A program made the translations under genes and the position numbers. Below are positions 1 to 10,170 of a stretch of 32,000 nt of DNA, piece after piece (position 1 is the first letter of the stretch; each line of letters starts with the position of its first letter). The notes below the pieces were generated by a model. It searched no databases, was not told the DNA's origin, and worked only from the letters and a program-made list of their open reading frames with translations. The stretch comes from Vibrio vulnificus CMCP6 (GTDB taxonomy: Bacteria; Pseudomonadota; Gammaproteobacteria; Enterobacterales; Vibrionaceae), in contig NC_004459.3 in NCBI RefSeq assembly GCF_000039765.1, positions 540,001 to 572,000 on the forward strand, read 5' to 3'.

Positions 1-415
1 AAGACTCGGCGATCAATGGCAGAATCAAGCGCTCTTCAATGTCCAAATGTTGGCGTTGTGATGAGATAAACGCCTCTAACTGCTCAATGAACATCGCTTG
101 TGGCACCACTGCATCGTTCAAAATCATATGCACCACGTCAGCAAAGGCTGCGGTTTTCTTCGCTAGTTCTTTGTGTTCAAGCTCTAAGTTTTCAATGGTT
201 CTCTGCGCGCCGTAATGCTCTAAGTAATGGCGATAAAGGATGTCTTCTTTCGGATGGTGCACCTTCTCCGCATGATCAGATAAATAGCTGACAATCTCGG
301 CGACCAAACTGTAGTTAATAGGTTGCTCATTTTTGAGCAACTCCACTTTATGACGCAGTATAGCGAGCATGCGCACAATGTAACCGTGTTCGCGTCTTAT
401 CCGTTCAATCATCAT
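1..415 (-). CDS. Hemerythrin-like (HHE) domain protein, 3' end truncated by window edge
   Basis: Not in the ORF track because it runs off the window. Reverse translation from the ATG at 415 gives MMIERIRREHGYIVRMLAILRHKVELLKNEQ...DHAEKVHHPKEDILYRHYL..., with the HxxxE and H...HPKED pattern of hemerythrin-like proteins. Confidence 0.75.
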   Translation of the reverse strand, partial: MMIERIRREHGYIVRMLAILRHKVELLKNEQPINYSLVAEIVSYLSDHAEKVHHPKEDILYRHYLEHYGAQRTIENLELEHKELAKKTAAFADVVHMILNDAVVPQAMFIEQLEAFISSQRQHLDIEERLILPLIAES

Positions 416-526
416 AGCGTTTCTCCTTAACACCTCATTTGTTGTAAGTGTATAAGATAGAACGCCATTCGGCTTAGATGTCGCTCAAAAAACCATCGCT
501 TTCTACGAAATTACATTCAAATGTGC

Positions 527-1207
527 TTAGAGCGACAAAGGTAGTTGCCAGTCTATTGCTTGCTTTCCTTGATCAAGTAAATGTTGATTCGCTTGTGAAA
601 AATGCTTACAGCCCAAAAAGCCGCGGTGAGCAGAAAGAGGGGATGGGTGTGGCGCGGTGAGAACCACATGCTTATGGCGATCAATAAAGCGGCCTTTTTT
701 CTGTGCGTGCGATCCCCACAATAGGAATACCACACCTTGTTGGTGCTGATTGATCGCCTCAATCACTTTGTCAGTGAATGTTTCCCATCCTAATGAAGCG
801 TGAGAATGCGCTTTGCCCTGCTCCACCGTAAGCACCGTATTGAGCAGCAATACGCCTTGTTTAGCCCAAGCTTCAAGGTAACCATGCGCCGGGATCTGAA
901 AGCCCTGGATATCCTGCGCCAACTCTTTGTACATATTCACCAAAGAAGGAGGTGTCTTGATACCCGGTAATACTGAAAAACACAAACCATGAGCTTGGTT
1001 GGGGCCATGGTAAGGATCCTGTCCTAAGATCACCACTTTGACATCTTGAAACTCGGTATAACGAAAGGCATTGAAGACATCCTTTGCTGGAGGGTAAATC
1101 ACTTTGCCAGCTTGTCGCTCTGCTTCAACAAAGTTGAGTGTCTGTTGAAAATAGCTTTGCTCTTTTTCCGCACCAATTACATCGTGCCAAGTGAGTTGCT
1201 GTGTCAT
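527..1207 (-). CDS. ung: Uracil-DNA glycosylase
   Basis: Protein contains [22 protein letters not shown] and [17 protein letters not shown], the hallmark family 1 UDG motifs. Likely start is [10 protein letters not shown] at 1207; the ORF track extends to 1231. Confidence 0.97.
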   Translation of the reverse strand: MTQQLTWHDVIGAEKEQSYFQQTLNFVEAERQAGKVIYPPAKDVFNAFRYTEFQDVKVVILGQDPYHGPNQAHGLCFSVLPGIKTPPSLVNMYKELAQDIQGFQIPAHGYLEAWAKQGVLLLNTVLTVEQGKAHSHASLGWETFTDKVIEAINQHQQGVVFLLWGSHAQKKGRFIDRHKHVVLTAPHPSPLSAHRGFLGCKHFSQANQHLLDQGKQAIDWQLPLSL

Positions 1208-1508
1208 GGGGAGAATCCTATTGAAAACCATCAGGCGGTTATTCTATGTCAGGTCACTCCCCTAACCAAATTCATCACAGGCTATTGGTTTTTTTCGTGA
1301 CTTTGTGGGCTTTTTTGTGGCGTTCTTACATGCCCCTGCCCGGTAATATGACGGTTCGGTATTGGCCATCTTGCGACAGCACGAACAACGTAAGTGGAAT
1401 GGAACATCATGGTTGTAAACATAGTGGCATCCTCCTGTGACAAACTCGATAAACACTATTGTTCTTGTTTGCTATGAAAGAAAGATGCCAATCTGATGAC
1501 AAAAAGCG

Positions 1509-2390
1509 CTAAGCGATTGAAGAGAGATGATATTTTCTCAACTGCTCAATTTCTTGCGGCCAAAGTTCAGGTTCAATAGTCTCTAAAATCAATGGGATAG
1601 AATCAAAACGGCTGTCTTTCGCAATGTATTCAAAACAGTCCCAGCCAATTTCACCTTTCCCTAGGGCATGGTGCCTATCCACCTTACTGGCTAATTTTAC
1701 TTTTGAATCATTAATATGCATTGCACGTAAATAGTGCATTCCGACCACACGTTCAAACTCAGCGAAGGTCGTCTCACACGCCTCAGGAGTTCGCAGATCA
1801 TAGCCTGCGGCAAAGGTGTGGCAAGTATCCAAACAAACCCCAACTCGACTCTTATCTTCAACCTGCTCAATGATTTCTGCAAGGTGCTCAAATCGCCAAC
1901 CTAAGTTGGAACCTTGTCCGGCCGTGTTTTCTATCACCGCCACCACATCAGGTACCGCTTGATGCGCTAAGTTGATCGATTCTGCGATTAAAGACAAACA
2001 CGCTTTTTCTGAGATCTTCTCCAAATGGCTGCCTGGGTGGAAATTGAGTAAGTTCAACCCTAGCAGCTGGCATCGCTCCATTTCATCAATAAACGCGAGA
2101 CGAGACTTTTCCAGCTTCTCCGCTTCTGGCGCACCTAAATTAATAAGATAAGAATCATGGGGAAGAATTTGCTGTGGAGAAAAACCCAACAATGCGCAAT
2201 TGGCTTTGAACGCCGAGATGGTTTTCTCTTCTAATGGCTTGGCAACCCATTGGCGTTGATTCTTCGTGAACAAAGCAAACGCGTTTGCTCCAATCTCACG
2301 CGCCCGCAGAGGTGCATTGTCAACCCCGCCCGCCGCTGAAACATGCGCGCCAATAAATTTGTTACCAAAACGGTTTTTGCTGTTTGTCAT
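1509..2390 (-). CDS. nfo: Endonuclease IV (AP endonuclease)
   Basis: [39 protein letters not shown] and MHINDSK...[12 protein letters not shown] are Nfo signatures. Confidence 0.97.
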   Translation of the reverse strand: MTNSKNRFGNKFIGAHVSAAGGVDNAPLRAREIGANAFALFTKNQRQWVAKPLEEKTISAFKANCALLGFSPQQILPHDSYLINLGAPEAEKLEKSRLAFIDEMERCQLLGLNLLNFHPGSHLEKISEKACLSLIAESINLAHQAVPDVVAVIENTAGQGSNLGWRFEHLAEIIEQVEDKSRVGVCLDTCHTFAAGYDLRTPEACETTFAEFERVVGMHYLRAMHINDSKVKLASKVDRHHALGKGEIGWDCFEYIAKDSRFDSIPLILETIEPELWPQEIEQLRKYHLSSIA

Positions 2391-2551
2391 TTAATCACTT
2401 AACACTTTCAAGATAAGGGGCTAATTACAACCATTTAGCTTAGTTCAGTCAAATTTCCAATTAATTTTGTAGTAAATTTACAACAAAATTAACACTTAAC
2501 TATTTTTGATGTTATCAAATAAATCGTAATTGATAGTTTTTAAAGAGTTTA

Positions 2552-2565
2552 TTGATTTAACTCAA
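2552..2565 (+). promoter_or_regulatory. Upstream FNR-like box TTGATTTAACTCAA
   Basis: 9 of 10 match to TTGAT-N4-ATCAA. Centred 53 bp upstream of the second box. Confidence 0.65.
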
Positions 2566-2604
2566 TAAAATAACCTTCACAAAATTAATGTTTTTAGTTG
2601 TTTT

Positions 2605-2618
2605 TTGACCTAAATCAA
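2605..2618 (+). promoter_or_regulatory. Promoter-proximal FNR-like box TTGACCTAAATCAA
   Basis: 9 of 10 match to the FNR consensus. A TATAAT -10 hexamer follows at 2643-2648, placing the box near -41.5/-43.5 (class II position). Confidence 0.8.
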
Positions 2619-2642
2619 TACTATCATAATGGATATTAGCTA

Positions 2643-2648
2643 TATAAT
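2643..2648 (+). promoter_or_regulatory. -10 element TATAAT of the grcA promoter
   Basis: Perfect TATAAT with no convincing -35, consistent with an activator-dependent promoter. Confidence 0.6.
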
Positions 2649-2711
2649 ACTCAGCTCGACAAAATTCGAAAATTAACACCAATAATCACCACGTAAGTGG
2701 ACTAGGAGATA

Positions 2712-3092
2712 GTGATGATCCAAGGTATCCAAATTACTAAAGCAGCAAACGACGACCTACTAAACTCAATCTGGCTTCTAGATAGCGAGAAAAATGAAGC
2801 TCGCTGTGTAGCGGCAGTTTCTGGCTACGAAGCCGATCAAATCGTTGCAATTAACGAGCTAGGTGAGTTTGAAAGCCGTGAAGTGGCTATCGAAGCAGCA
2901 CCACGCATTGAAGGTGGTCAACACCTAAACGTGAACGTTCTAAAACGTGAAACGCTAGAAGATGCAGTTGCGCACCCAGAGAAATACCCACAGCTAACCA
3001 TCCGTGTATCGGGTTATGCTGTGCGTTTCAACTCACTAACACCTGAACAACAACGTGACGTCATTGCTCGTACGTTTACTGAATCTCTATAA
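2712..3092 (+). CDS. grcA: Autonomous glycyl radical cofactor GrcA (YfiD)
   Basis: [31 protein letters not shown]... and C-terminal [35 protein letters not shown], the glycyl radical domain (RVSGYAV). Confidence 0.97.
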   Translation: MMIQGIQITKAANDDLLNSIWLLDSEKNEARCVAAVSGYEADQIVAINELGEFESREVAIEAAPRIEGGQHLNVNVLKRETLEDAVAHPEKYPQLTIRVSGYAVRFNSLTPEQQRDVIARTFTESL

Positions 3093-3110
3093 GATAGAGA
3101 GCTAAACAAT

Positions 3111-3141
3111 AAAAAAACGGCGCTCATCGAGCGCCGTTTTT
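3111..3141 (+). terminator. Rho-independent terminator after grcA
   Basis: AAAAAAACGGCGCTC-atc-GAGCGCCGTTTTT. Confidence 0.9.
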
Positions 3142-3176
3142 CTATTCTTGCGTTTGTTTTCTAAAGAAAACAATAG

Positions 3177-3196
3177 GGTGGAGGCCAAGCTCCACC
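3177..3196 (-). terminator. Possible terminator or 3' hairpin of the thr operon
   Basis: GGTGGAG-gccaag-CTCCACC inverted repeat. Read leftward it is followed by U-rich CTATTGTTTTCTTT, 18 nt past the thrC stop. Confidence 0.5.
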
Positions 3197-3214
3197 TGTG
3201 AGATTGATGCCTGC

Positions 3215-4495
3215 TTATTGCACGCGACGCAATACTTCTTTCAGAGCCGTAAAATCCGCATCCAACTCTTCTGAGAGCAGTTCCATCACCGCATGTTTTG
3301 CCAGTGGTGCTGGCAAATCGATGTCACTGCCAAGAATGTCATCGACCACTTCCTTAAACTTCGCCGGATGTGCGGTACAGAGGAACAAGCCAGTTTCACC
3401 TTCTTGTAGCTGCTGATCCAGCACACGATAGGCAATCGCACCATGTGGTTCACACAGGTAACCAAGTGAATAGAGATCTTTCACCGATTGCGCACTTTGC
3501 TCATCAGACACAGCACCTTTGCCCAAAGTTTCCAAACCCCACTCTTTCACACGGCACAACTCTTCAATTCGTGGCCAGTTATTAGGCTGACTCACGTCCA
3601 TGGCATTTGAGGTCGTCGCGACAGTCGGTTTTGGATCCCATTTACCGGTTTCTAGGTAACGAGGCACGGTATCATTGGCATTCGTTGCCGCGATAAAGCG
3701 CTTAATCGGTAAACCCAGAGCTTTAGCAAGCAAACCTGCAGTAAGGTTACCAAAGTTACCGCTTGGTACCGACACCACCAGATTCTCGCGCTCTTGCTTA
3801 CTCATCTGTGCCGCTGCTTCAAAGTAGTAGCAGATTTGCGCCATCAAACGGCTAATGTTGATTGAGTTTGCAGAGTTTAGACCAATCTCTTCACGCAGCT
3901 CTGCATCATCAAACGCTTGCTTCACCAGCGCCTGACACGCATCAAAGTCACCATTGATCGCTACCGTGTGAATGTTTTTGCCTAATGTGCAGAACAGCTT
4001 TTCTTGCAATGGGCTGATTTTGCCTTTCGGATAAAGAATGACCACATTGATGTCTTCCATACCGTAAAAAGCGTGTGCAACCGCGGCTCCTGTATCACCC
4101 GATGTCGCTGTTAGAATAGTGATTTTTCCACCATCAGAAACCGCAGCCAACGACTGAGCCATAAAGCGGCCACCGAAGTCTTTGAAGGCAAGTGTCGGTC
4201 CATGGAACAGTTCAAGCGCGTAGACACCCTCTTTCACTTGTTTAATCGGTGCTGGGAATTGGAATGCCGCATCCACCATTGAGTTAACTTTGTCTTCTGC
4301 TAGCTCATCACCAATCAACGCGGAAAGAATCGCAGTGCTGCGCGAGATAAAATCTTGCGCAAGCAACGCATCGATATCATCAAATTTCGGTAATTCTGCT
4401 GGGAAAAATAGCCCCTGATTACGGCCTAACCCTTGACGCACGGCTTGGCCAAAGGAAACTTGTTCGTCATTTTCTTTTATGTTGTAAAGCTTCAT
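3215..4495 (-). CDS. thrC: Threonine synthase
   Basis: [24 protein letters not shown]..., [19 protein letters not shown] and [13 protein letters not shown] (PLP enzyme); third gene of thrABC. Confidence 0.97.
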   Translation of the reverse strand: MKLYNIKENDEQVSFGQAVRQGLGRNQGLFFPAELPKFDDIDALLAQDFISRSTAILSALIGDELAEDKVNSMVDAAFQFPAPIKQVKEGVYALELFHGPTLAFKDFGGRFMAQSLAAVSDGGKITILTATSGDTGAAVAHAFYGMEDINVVILYPKGKISPLQEKLFCTLGKNIHTVAINGDFDACQALVKQAFDDAELREEIGLNSANSINISRLMAQICYYFEAAAQMSKQERENLVVSVPSGNFGNLTAGLLAKALGLPIKRFIAATNANDTVPRYLETGKWDPKPTVATTSNAMDVSQPNNWPRIEELCRVKEWGLETLGKGAVSDEQSAQSVKDLYSLGYLCEPHGAIAYRVLDQQLQEGETGLFLCTAHPAKFKEVVDDILGSDIDLPAPLAKHAVMELLSEELDADFTALKEVLRRVQ

Positions 4496-5463
4496 AGCTC
4501 ACTTCCTGTCACAATTGAGCCCTTTTTGTCTAAACGACAAATGTGGACGAATCCTTCTTCATTTTGTACGTAATTTTGTTCTAACCAGCGTGCTACACGC
4601 TGTGCAACATCTTGGTCTTTGCAAATACTAAACAGTGTCGGCCCACTGCCAGAAATGCCCGTTGCCAATGCCCCCGCAGAAGCGGCATATTTACGCGCAT
4701 CGGCAAAACCGGGAAGCAGTTTCTCACGATAAGGCTCTGCGATCACGTCTTTGATCATCTTCGCGGCAAGCTCAGGCTGCCCTGAGTGACAAGCGTGAAT
4801 AAAGCCGGCCAAATGGCGGCCATGTGCGATCACATCTTGACGTCGGTATTGAGAAGGTAAAATCGCACGCGCTTCTGCAGTCGACACCTTAATGCCAGGG
4901 TAGGCCATCACCCAATACCAATCATCGAAGCACGGAACTTCTTGGCTAATAATGCCGAGCTCTTCGAGCATCAATTGCAAGCCACCTAAATAGCAGGGTG
5001 CAACGTTGTCATAGTGCACTCCACCGGAGATTTGGCCTTCCATTTCACCCATCAGTGCGAGCAATTCCATTTCATCCAGTGGGTTGGCATGGAACTGATT
5101 GAGGGCATCTAACGCGGCAACAATAGAACAAGCACTAGAGCCAAGCCCAGATCCAATCGGCATGTTCTTTTCTAATGTCATCTCAAGCGGTTTGAGCTCA
5201 AGACCTTTTTTATCGAGTTCGCGAGCAAACACTCGCCAGCAATCATAAACAATGTTTTCTTTCGGATCGCTTGGCAGCTTTGCGACAAAACTACCCGCCG
5301 TCTTTAACGAAAACGGCTCGTTCCCCGCTTTCACCATGACTCGATCGCCAAGCAAAGTACCATCGATGGGCGACACTGCCGCCCCTAATACATCAAAACC
5401 AACACTGACATTACCAATAGAAGCGGGAGCGTACACTACCACAGCCATATCGCTTGAACTCAT
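4492..5463 (-). CDS. thrB: Homoserine kinase (GHMP kinase)
   Basis: ATP-binding motif [18 protein letters not shown]; 4-nt overlap with thrC. Confidence 0.97.
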   Translation of the reverse strand: MSSSDMAVVVYAPASIGNVSVGFDVLGAAVSPIDGTLLGDRVMVKAGNEPFSLKTAGSFVAKLPSDPKENIVYDCWRVFARELDKKGLELKPLEMTLEKNMPIGSGLGSSACSIVAALDALNQFHANPLDEMELLALMGEMEGQISGGVHYDNVAPCYLGGLQLMLEELGIISQEVPCFDDWYWVMAYPGIKVSTAEARAILPSQYRRQDVIAHGRHLAGFIHACHSGQPELAAKMIKDVIAEPYREKLLPGFADARKYAASAGALATGISGSGPTLFSICKDQDVAQRVARWLEQNYVQNEEGFVHICRLDKKGSIVTGSEL

Positions 5464-5466
5464 CGA

Positions 5467-7926
5467 TTAAACCCCTAATTTCCAGCCTAAAGTACGCATC
5501 ACATCTGAGAACACGCCTGCCGCAGTCACTTGAGTACCGGCACCGTAACCTCTCAATACTAACGGGATCGGCTGATAGTAACGGCTGTAGAATGCTAACG
5601 CATTTTCACCATCTTTAATTTTGAACATCGGATCATTTTCATCTACCGCAGCGATCGAGACTTTGCACTTACCATCGATGATTTCACCGACATAACGCAG
5701 TACCTTGCCTTCTTCGGCCGCTTGCGCAGAAAGTTGCTTGAAGTACGCATCAGCTTCCGGTAGTCGAGCCATAAATTCATCGACACTGCCTGAATCATCA
5801 AAACTTGGTGGCAAGGCTTGATCCACTTCGACATCTTCCAGCTCTAATGCCATGCCCGCTTCACGCGCCAAGATCAACAGTTTACGCGCCACATCCATTC
5901 CGGACAGATCATCACGAGGATCCGGCTCTGTAAAGCCATTTTGTTTGGCGATATTGGTCGCCTCACTCAACGTCATGCCTTCATCCAACTTACCGAAGAT
6001 AAAGGAAAGTGAACCAGAGAGAATGCCGCTGAATCGCTCCAACTCATCTCCGGCAGAAATCAGATTTTGCAAGTTCTCGATCACAGGCAAGCCTGCACCA
6101 ACCGTGGTTTCATACATCAACTTACGACGAGAGCTGCGTGCCACATCGCGTAGCTGATGGTAATACGCCATACTCGCGGTATTTGCTTTCTTATTTGGCG
6201 TCACAACATGGAAACCAGCGGCTAAAAACTCTGCGTATTGGTTAGCAATCACGTCGCTAGAAGTACAATCGACGAGCACAGGGTTGATGATATGGTTACG
6301 CTGCACAGTGGCAATCAAACTGGCAAGGCTAAACGCTTCAGATGCATTGGCCATGCGGTCACGCCAATGTTCCAGTGGTAAGCCATTACTGTCTAACAAC
6401 AGCCCTTTGCTATTGGCCAAACCACACACTCGGATGACAATGCCTTTGTCTGCCAGTTTGGCTTGCTGACGCTGGATCTGATCCACCAACTCACCACCAA
6501 CACCACCGACACCAACAACAAACACATCAAGGTAATGTTTCGAGTTGAAGAGATTTTCATGACACGCTTTGATCGCTTGAGAGATCTTATCCTCTGGGAT
6601 CACCGCTGAAATAGCGCGTTCTGACGAACCTTGAGCAATAGCGATGACATTGACACTCACTTCCGCAAGAGAAGCAAAGAATTGTGATGCGACACCTTTG
6701 GAAGTGCGCATACCATCACCCACCAGCGTGATGATAGAGACATTAGTCAGGAACTCGACGGGCTCCAATAGACCATCTTTCAGTTCCAACTCAAAAGCAT
6801 CTGAGAGTGCCTGCTCGGCTAAAGGTCTGTCGGCAGCTTCAATACAGAAGCTGATACTGTACTCAGAAGAAGACTGAGTAATCAGAACGATTGACACGCC
6901 AGAGGCCGACATCGCACCAAATACTCGGCTCGCCATACCAACCATGCCTTTCATTCCCGGTCCGGACACGTTGACCATCGTCAGGTTATTGAGCGTAGTG
7001 ATGCCTTTGATCGCTAGATTATCTTCGCCTGTATCTTGGCCAATCAGCGTACCAGCACCTTGAGGATTGAAGCTGTTCTTAATCAAACATGGAATATGAA
7101 ATTGAGCAATTGGCGCAATGGTTTTGGGATGCAAAACGGATGCGCCAAAGTATGAAAGCTCCATGGCCTCTTGATAGCTTAAGGACTTCAATAAGCGAGC
7201 ATCTTCGACTAAACGCGGGTCACAGTTGTACACCCCATCCACATCCGTCCAGATCTCACAACAATCCGCGCGCAGACATGCCGCTAACACGGCTGCTGAG
7301 TAATCGGAACCATTACGACCTAGAGTAACCAACTCACCATGCTTATTGCCCGCGGTAAAGCCTGGCATGATATGAACGTGCCCCTGAGGAAGAGGATTTG
7401 AACGGAAGTTTTGCGTAGATACATCGACATCCACCATCCCTTCGAGGTGATCACCATGGGCAAGCAAGTAGTCAACCGGGTCAATAAGATTAACGAGATG
7501 ACCTTTTGCTTCCAACACCGCCTTCATCAACTGGATGGAAACACGCTCACCTTTACTGATGATGCGAGCATTGACGTTGTCAGGACACATCCCCAACAAG
7601 CCGATACCATGAACAAATTGACGCAGTTGCGAAAGTGAATCCGCGACTTGCTTTAAATACGCGTCACCGTTAAGGCTAGGAAGCTGCTGTTTAATATCAC
7701 TCAGTAGTTGTTTGAACGCACTGTCTAGCTCGTCGACTTGTCGTTCTGCTTCGCCATTTTTCAGTGCAGACTCAATGACCGCGACCAATTTATTGGTTGT
7801 TTTCCCTGGCGCCGACAACACTACAGAAACTTCTTCCTGCTTGGCATTGTTAGCAACAATGTCCGCCGCTCTTAAAAAGCGGTCTGCATCGGCTAACGAT
7901 GAGCCACCAAACTTTAATACTCGCAT
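5467..7926 (-). CDS. thrA: Bifunctional aspartokinase I/homoserine dehydrogenase I
   Basis: [17 protein letters not shown] (aspartokinase), [14 protein letters not shown], and [13 protein letters not shown] plus [13 protein letters not shown] (homoserine dehydrogenase). The start at MRVL (7926) is preceded by GGAGG; the track ORF to 8034 reads through the attenuator hairpin. Confidence 0.96.
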   Translation of the reverse strand: MRVLKFGGSSLADADRFLRAADIVANNAKQEEVSVVLSAPGKTTNKLVAVIESALKNGEAERQVDELDSAFKQLLSDIKQQLPSLNGDAYLKQVADSLSQLRQFVHGIGLLGMCPDNVNARIISKGERVSIQLMKAVLEAKGHLVNLIDPVDYLLAHGDHLEGMVDVDVSTQNFRSNPLPQGHVHIMPGFTAGNKHGELVTLGRNGSDYSAAVLAACLRADCCEIWTDVDGVYNCDPRLVEDARLLKSLSYQEAMELSYFGASVLHPKTIAPIAQFHIPCLIKNSFNPQGAGTLIGQDTGEDNLAIKGITTLNNLTMVNVSGPGMKGMVGMASRVFGAMSASGVSIVLITQSSSEYSISFCIEAADRPLAEQALSDAFELELKDGLLEPVEFLTNVSIITLVGDGMRTSKGVASQFFASLAEVSVNVIAIAQGSSERAISAVIPEDKISQAIKACHENLFNSKHYLDVFVVGVGGVGGELVDQIQRQQAKLADKGIVIRVCGLANSKGLLLDSNGLPLEHWRDRMANASEAFSLASLIATVQRNHIINPVLVDCTSSDVIANQYAEFLAAGFHVVTPNKKANTASMAYYHQLRDVARSSRRKLMYETTVGAGLPVIENLQNLISAGDELERFSGILSGSLSFIFGKLDEGMTLSEATNIAKQNGFTEPDPRDDLSGMDVARKLLILAREAGMALELEDVEVDQALPPSFDDSGSVDEFMARLPEADAYFKQLSAQAAEEGKVLRYVGEIIDGKCKVSIAAVDENDPMFKIKDGENALAFYSRYYQPIPLVLRGYGAGTQVTAAGVFSDVMRTLGWKLGV

Positions 7927-7957
7927 CCCTTCCTCCCGGATTATTTTTAATCTGTAT

Positions 7958-7997
7958 AAAAAAAGGCCTGTATCTTGTTGGATACAGGCCTTTTTTT
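7958..7997 (-). terminator. thr operon attenuator (intrinsic terminator)
   Basis: Perfect inverted repeat AAAAAAAGGCCTGTATC-ttgttg-GATACAGGCCTTTTTTT, between the leader peptide stop and the thrA start. Confidence 0.93.
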
Positions 7998-8014
7998 GAA
8001 ATTTGTTCTTTCGC

Positions 8015-8068
8015 TCAGCAGCCTGCCCCAACATGTGTGATGTCGGTAATAATAATGGTGGTGGTCAT
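8015..8068 (-). CDS. thrL: thr operon leader peptide [17 protein letters not shown]
   Basis: Reverse complement reads ATG ACC ACC ACC ATT ATT ATT ACC GAC ATC ACA CAT GTT GGG GCA GGC TGC TGA. This is a run of Thr/Ile codons just before the attenuator. It is too short for the ORF track. Confidence 0.9.
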   Translation of the reverse strand: MTTTIIITDITHVGAGC

Positions 8069-8397
8069 TACTAGTTGGCTGTTAAGAATCATAAAACGTT
8101 ATCTATTGCTTTTGTGTGTTTGCTTGTATCTACGTTTACCGTAGTTTCGAGCGGTTCGTCAACAAAAAGTTACGTTTTTTTTATCACGGGGGTTATGCAT
8201 ATGCGCACATTTTAGGATCGTGTTCTCATTTTCAGGATCTTAAATCTCAGCATTTTGATCTTCTCAGCAAAATGGCTGTAGAAAACTCGCTAACCTAGAT
8301 CTTCGACGGAAAAATTTTTCCCAACATGGGAGGAATTTTGTGCTTAACTTGAGAATACAATAAAAAAATCCTCATAATAATCACAAGGAGTAGTGGT

Positions 8398-8862
8398 ATG
8401 AAAAACTGGCTCATCTTGCTGCTTTTCTTTGTGTTTTCTCATGCATATGCCAACAATTTGCCTGCTTTAAACCCGACGAAAACGTCGCCCCACAAACTGT
8501 TTCTCACCAGTGAAAGTCAAACAGAAGAAAGTTTTGATGTCTGGAATATCGATGGAGGCTACGCCTATCAATTGTTTGATTCAGTGGACCTTTACGTGGG
8601 CGCTCGTGTCAATAACTCGCAAACAGCCAATCAGAGTGGCTTTTTAAGTGGCGTGAGTTACCAAATTAGCGATCGGGTGGTAGTGAAAAGTACCATTCGT
8701 TCCTTCAAAGTTCAGGAAGAAAGTGGCACTGAACATAATGGTAATTTTGCTGCAGAAGTGACAAGCCGAGTCAAAATTAGCGAACAACTGGATTTGCATG
8801 CCACTCTCGACCTGCAAGAGTGGCAACAAGGTATTGAGTTTGGTTTAGGTTTCCGCTTTTAG
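8398..8862 (+). CDS. Hypothetical exported protein, small outer-membrane beta-barrel-like
   Basis: Signal peptide [19 protein letters not shown]. Alternating beta-strand pattern and C-terminal ...[12 protein letters not shown] ending in Phe. Confidence 0.6.
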
Positions 8863-9341
8863 AATTGAAGCAACTCTTTGGAAATAAGAATTCCATTCCA
8901 ATCGGCGTAGATGTAATCCTTTGGCTGCACCATTTGGTTGTGCATGGTTAAGGTAACATTGACTTCACCGGCCCCTCGTTTTTCCGTTTTGAATGGTGAC
9001 GTACCCAATGCTTTAATCCCCAGTTCCATCTGTGACATCTGGGCGACGTCGCGCACGGCACCAAACACAATCACCCCTTCCCAATCATTTTCAATGGCTA
9101 ATATCGCTAATTGATCGCCAAGTAATGCTTTTTGGCAGGAACCATGCCCATCCACAACCAACACTTTACCTTTACCATTTTCACTCAAAACATCTCGCAC
9201 TTTCGAGTTATCGTGATAACAGCGAACGGTCACAATCTCTCCGAAGAATGCCGCTTTCTGACCAAAATTCTGTAATGGCAAATTGAGTAAAGTGACTTTG
9301 TCTTCATGTTGATCACAGATATCCGGGGTAATGTCCTTCAT
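8859..9341 (-). CDS. RraA family protein (RraA-like)
   Basis: [16 protein letters not shown]...[42 protein letters not shown] matches the RraA fold family pattern (GDxxAxxAxxxxWxGxVxxGxxRD). AGGAGG lies immediately upstream of the ATG at 9341. Confidence 0.85.
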
Positions 9342-9399
9342 ATATCCTCCTTGAGAAAATTTTTGCCACATCAAACATGCGGCTCGAATTCAAAATTTC

Positions 9400-9807
9400 T
9401 TATCTGATGCGCTGGTCAAACGGCCCCAGTGATTCTTTCCTTTCATCACTCAAGCAAGACACTAAAAAAAGCTCTCCTTGTTCAACAAAATAAATCGCGT
9501 TTTGTTTGAACTCTCTTGCTAAGTTTAGTGCGTAATTCAAATTTATCTCGACAGCAAAACTTTCTTCGCTCCAGCAGCACGCCTTATCGGCGACTAAAAC
9601 AGAACAAAAGCGTCGCGTATTAATCTTTGTTTTTAACTTCTGATTACTTATGCAATTCTCTTTTTTTGACTGCAAAATACTCGCAGGGTTCCATGCTGTA
9701 ATAATGGCGAAACGATCGCTTTGCCATTCATCATTAAAATGGAAAAAAGAGGCTGAATAGGCATGCCATAATGACGCATCTACAGTTGTTTCACCATTAT
9801 TTATCAT
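9400..9807 (-). CDS. DUF3293-like hypothetical protein
   Basis: 135-aa ORF with FAIITAWNPAS near the N-terminus, typical of DUF3293. Family assignment is by recollection. Confidence 0.6.
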   Translation of the reverse strand: MINNGETTVDASLWHAYSASFFHFNDEWQSDRFAIITAWNPASILQSKKENCISNQKLKTKINTRRFCSVLVADKACCWSEESFAVEINLNYALNLAREFKQNAIYFVEQGELFLVSCLSDERKESLGPFDQRIR

Positions 9808-9844
9808 AAGTCTCCATCGATTAATAATTGTTACATTTCATCAA

Positions 9845-9858
9845 TTGATATAAATCAA
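9845..9858 (+). promoter_or_regulatory. Perfect FNR-consensus box TTGATATAAATCAA upstream of arcA
   Basis: 10 of 10 match to TTGAT-N4-ATCAA, in the divergent arcA / DUF3293-like intergenic region. Confidence 0.75.
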
Positions 9859-9937
9859 CAAAGTGAATGGAATTAACATTTGTTCATTGTTAGCATGCTG
9901 TTAACATTATAGAATCCGCACAAAAGCCTTGGGATGC

Positions 9938-9975
9938 TTACCTTTCCACACCAGACGAAAGGCGTCGAAAGGTAA
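9938..9975 (+). other. Nested stem-loop in the arcA upstream/leader region
   Basis: TTACCTTTC-cacacca-GACG-aaagg-CGTC-GAAAGGTAA: a 9-bp outer stem and a 4-bp inner stem, all perfect. Confidence 0.55.
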
Positions 9976-10170
9976 ACAGACCCAGTAGAATAATCCAGTA
10001 ACAGTTGGACACTGTATACATTTGGCGAGAACCCACGGAAGGCAGATAACTTAAAGAAGTGTTTTTTTGATCACTTTGTTTTATTATCAAAAAATCATTA
10101 CCTGTATGTTATGTTTTTGCCTAGAATTTATTCTATTCGTACAATTTTGTCACAAATTTAGGTACCGCCA

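Noticed and set aside
2505-2519. Palindrome TTTGATGTTATCAAA upstream of grcA as a third FNR box
   Set aside because: The spacer between TTGAT and ATCAA is 3 nt, not 4, so it does not fit the FNR half-site geometry. It is also far from the -10.
7899-8298. Track ORFs 7899-8144 and 8116-8298 as genes
   Set aside because: The first is antisense to the thrA start and leader; the second is a low-complexity, basic/aromatic 60-aa ORF with no recognisable family or clear RBS in the regulatory region. Both are likely spurious.
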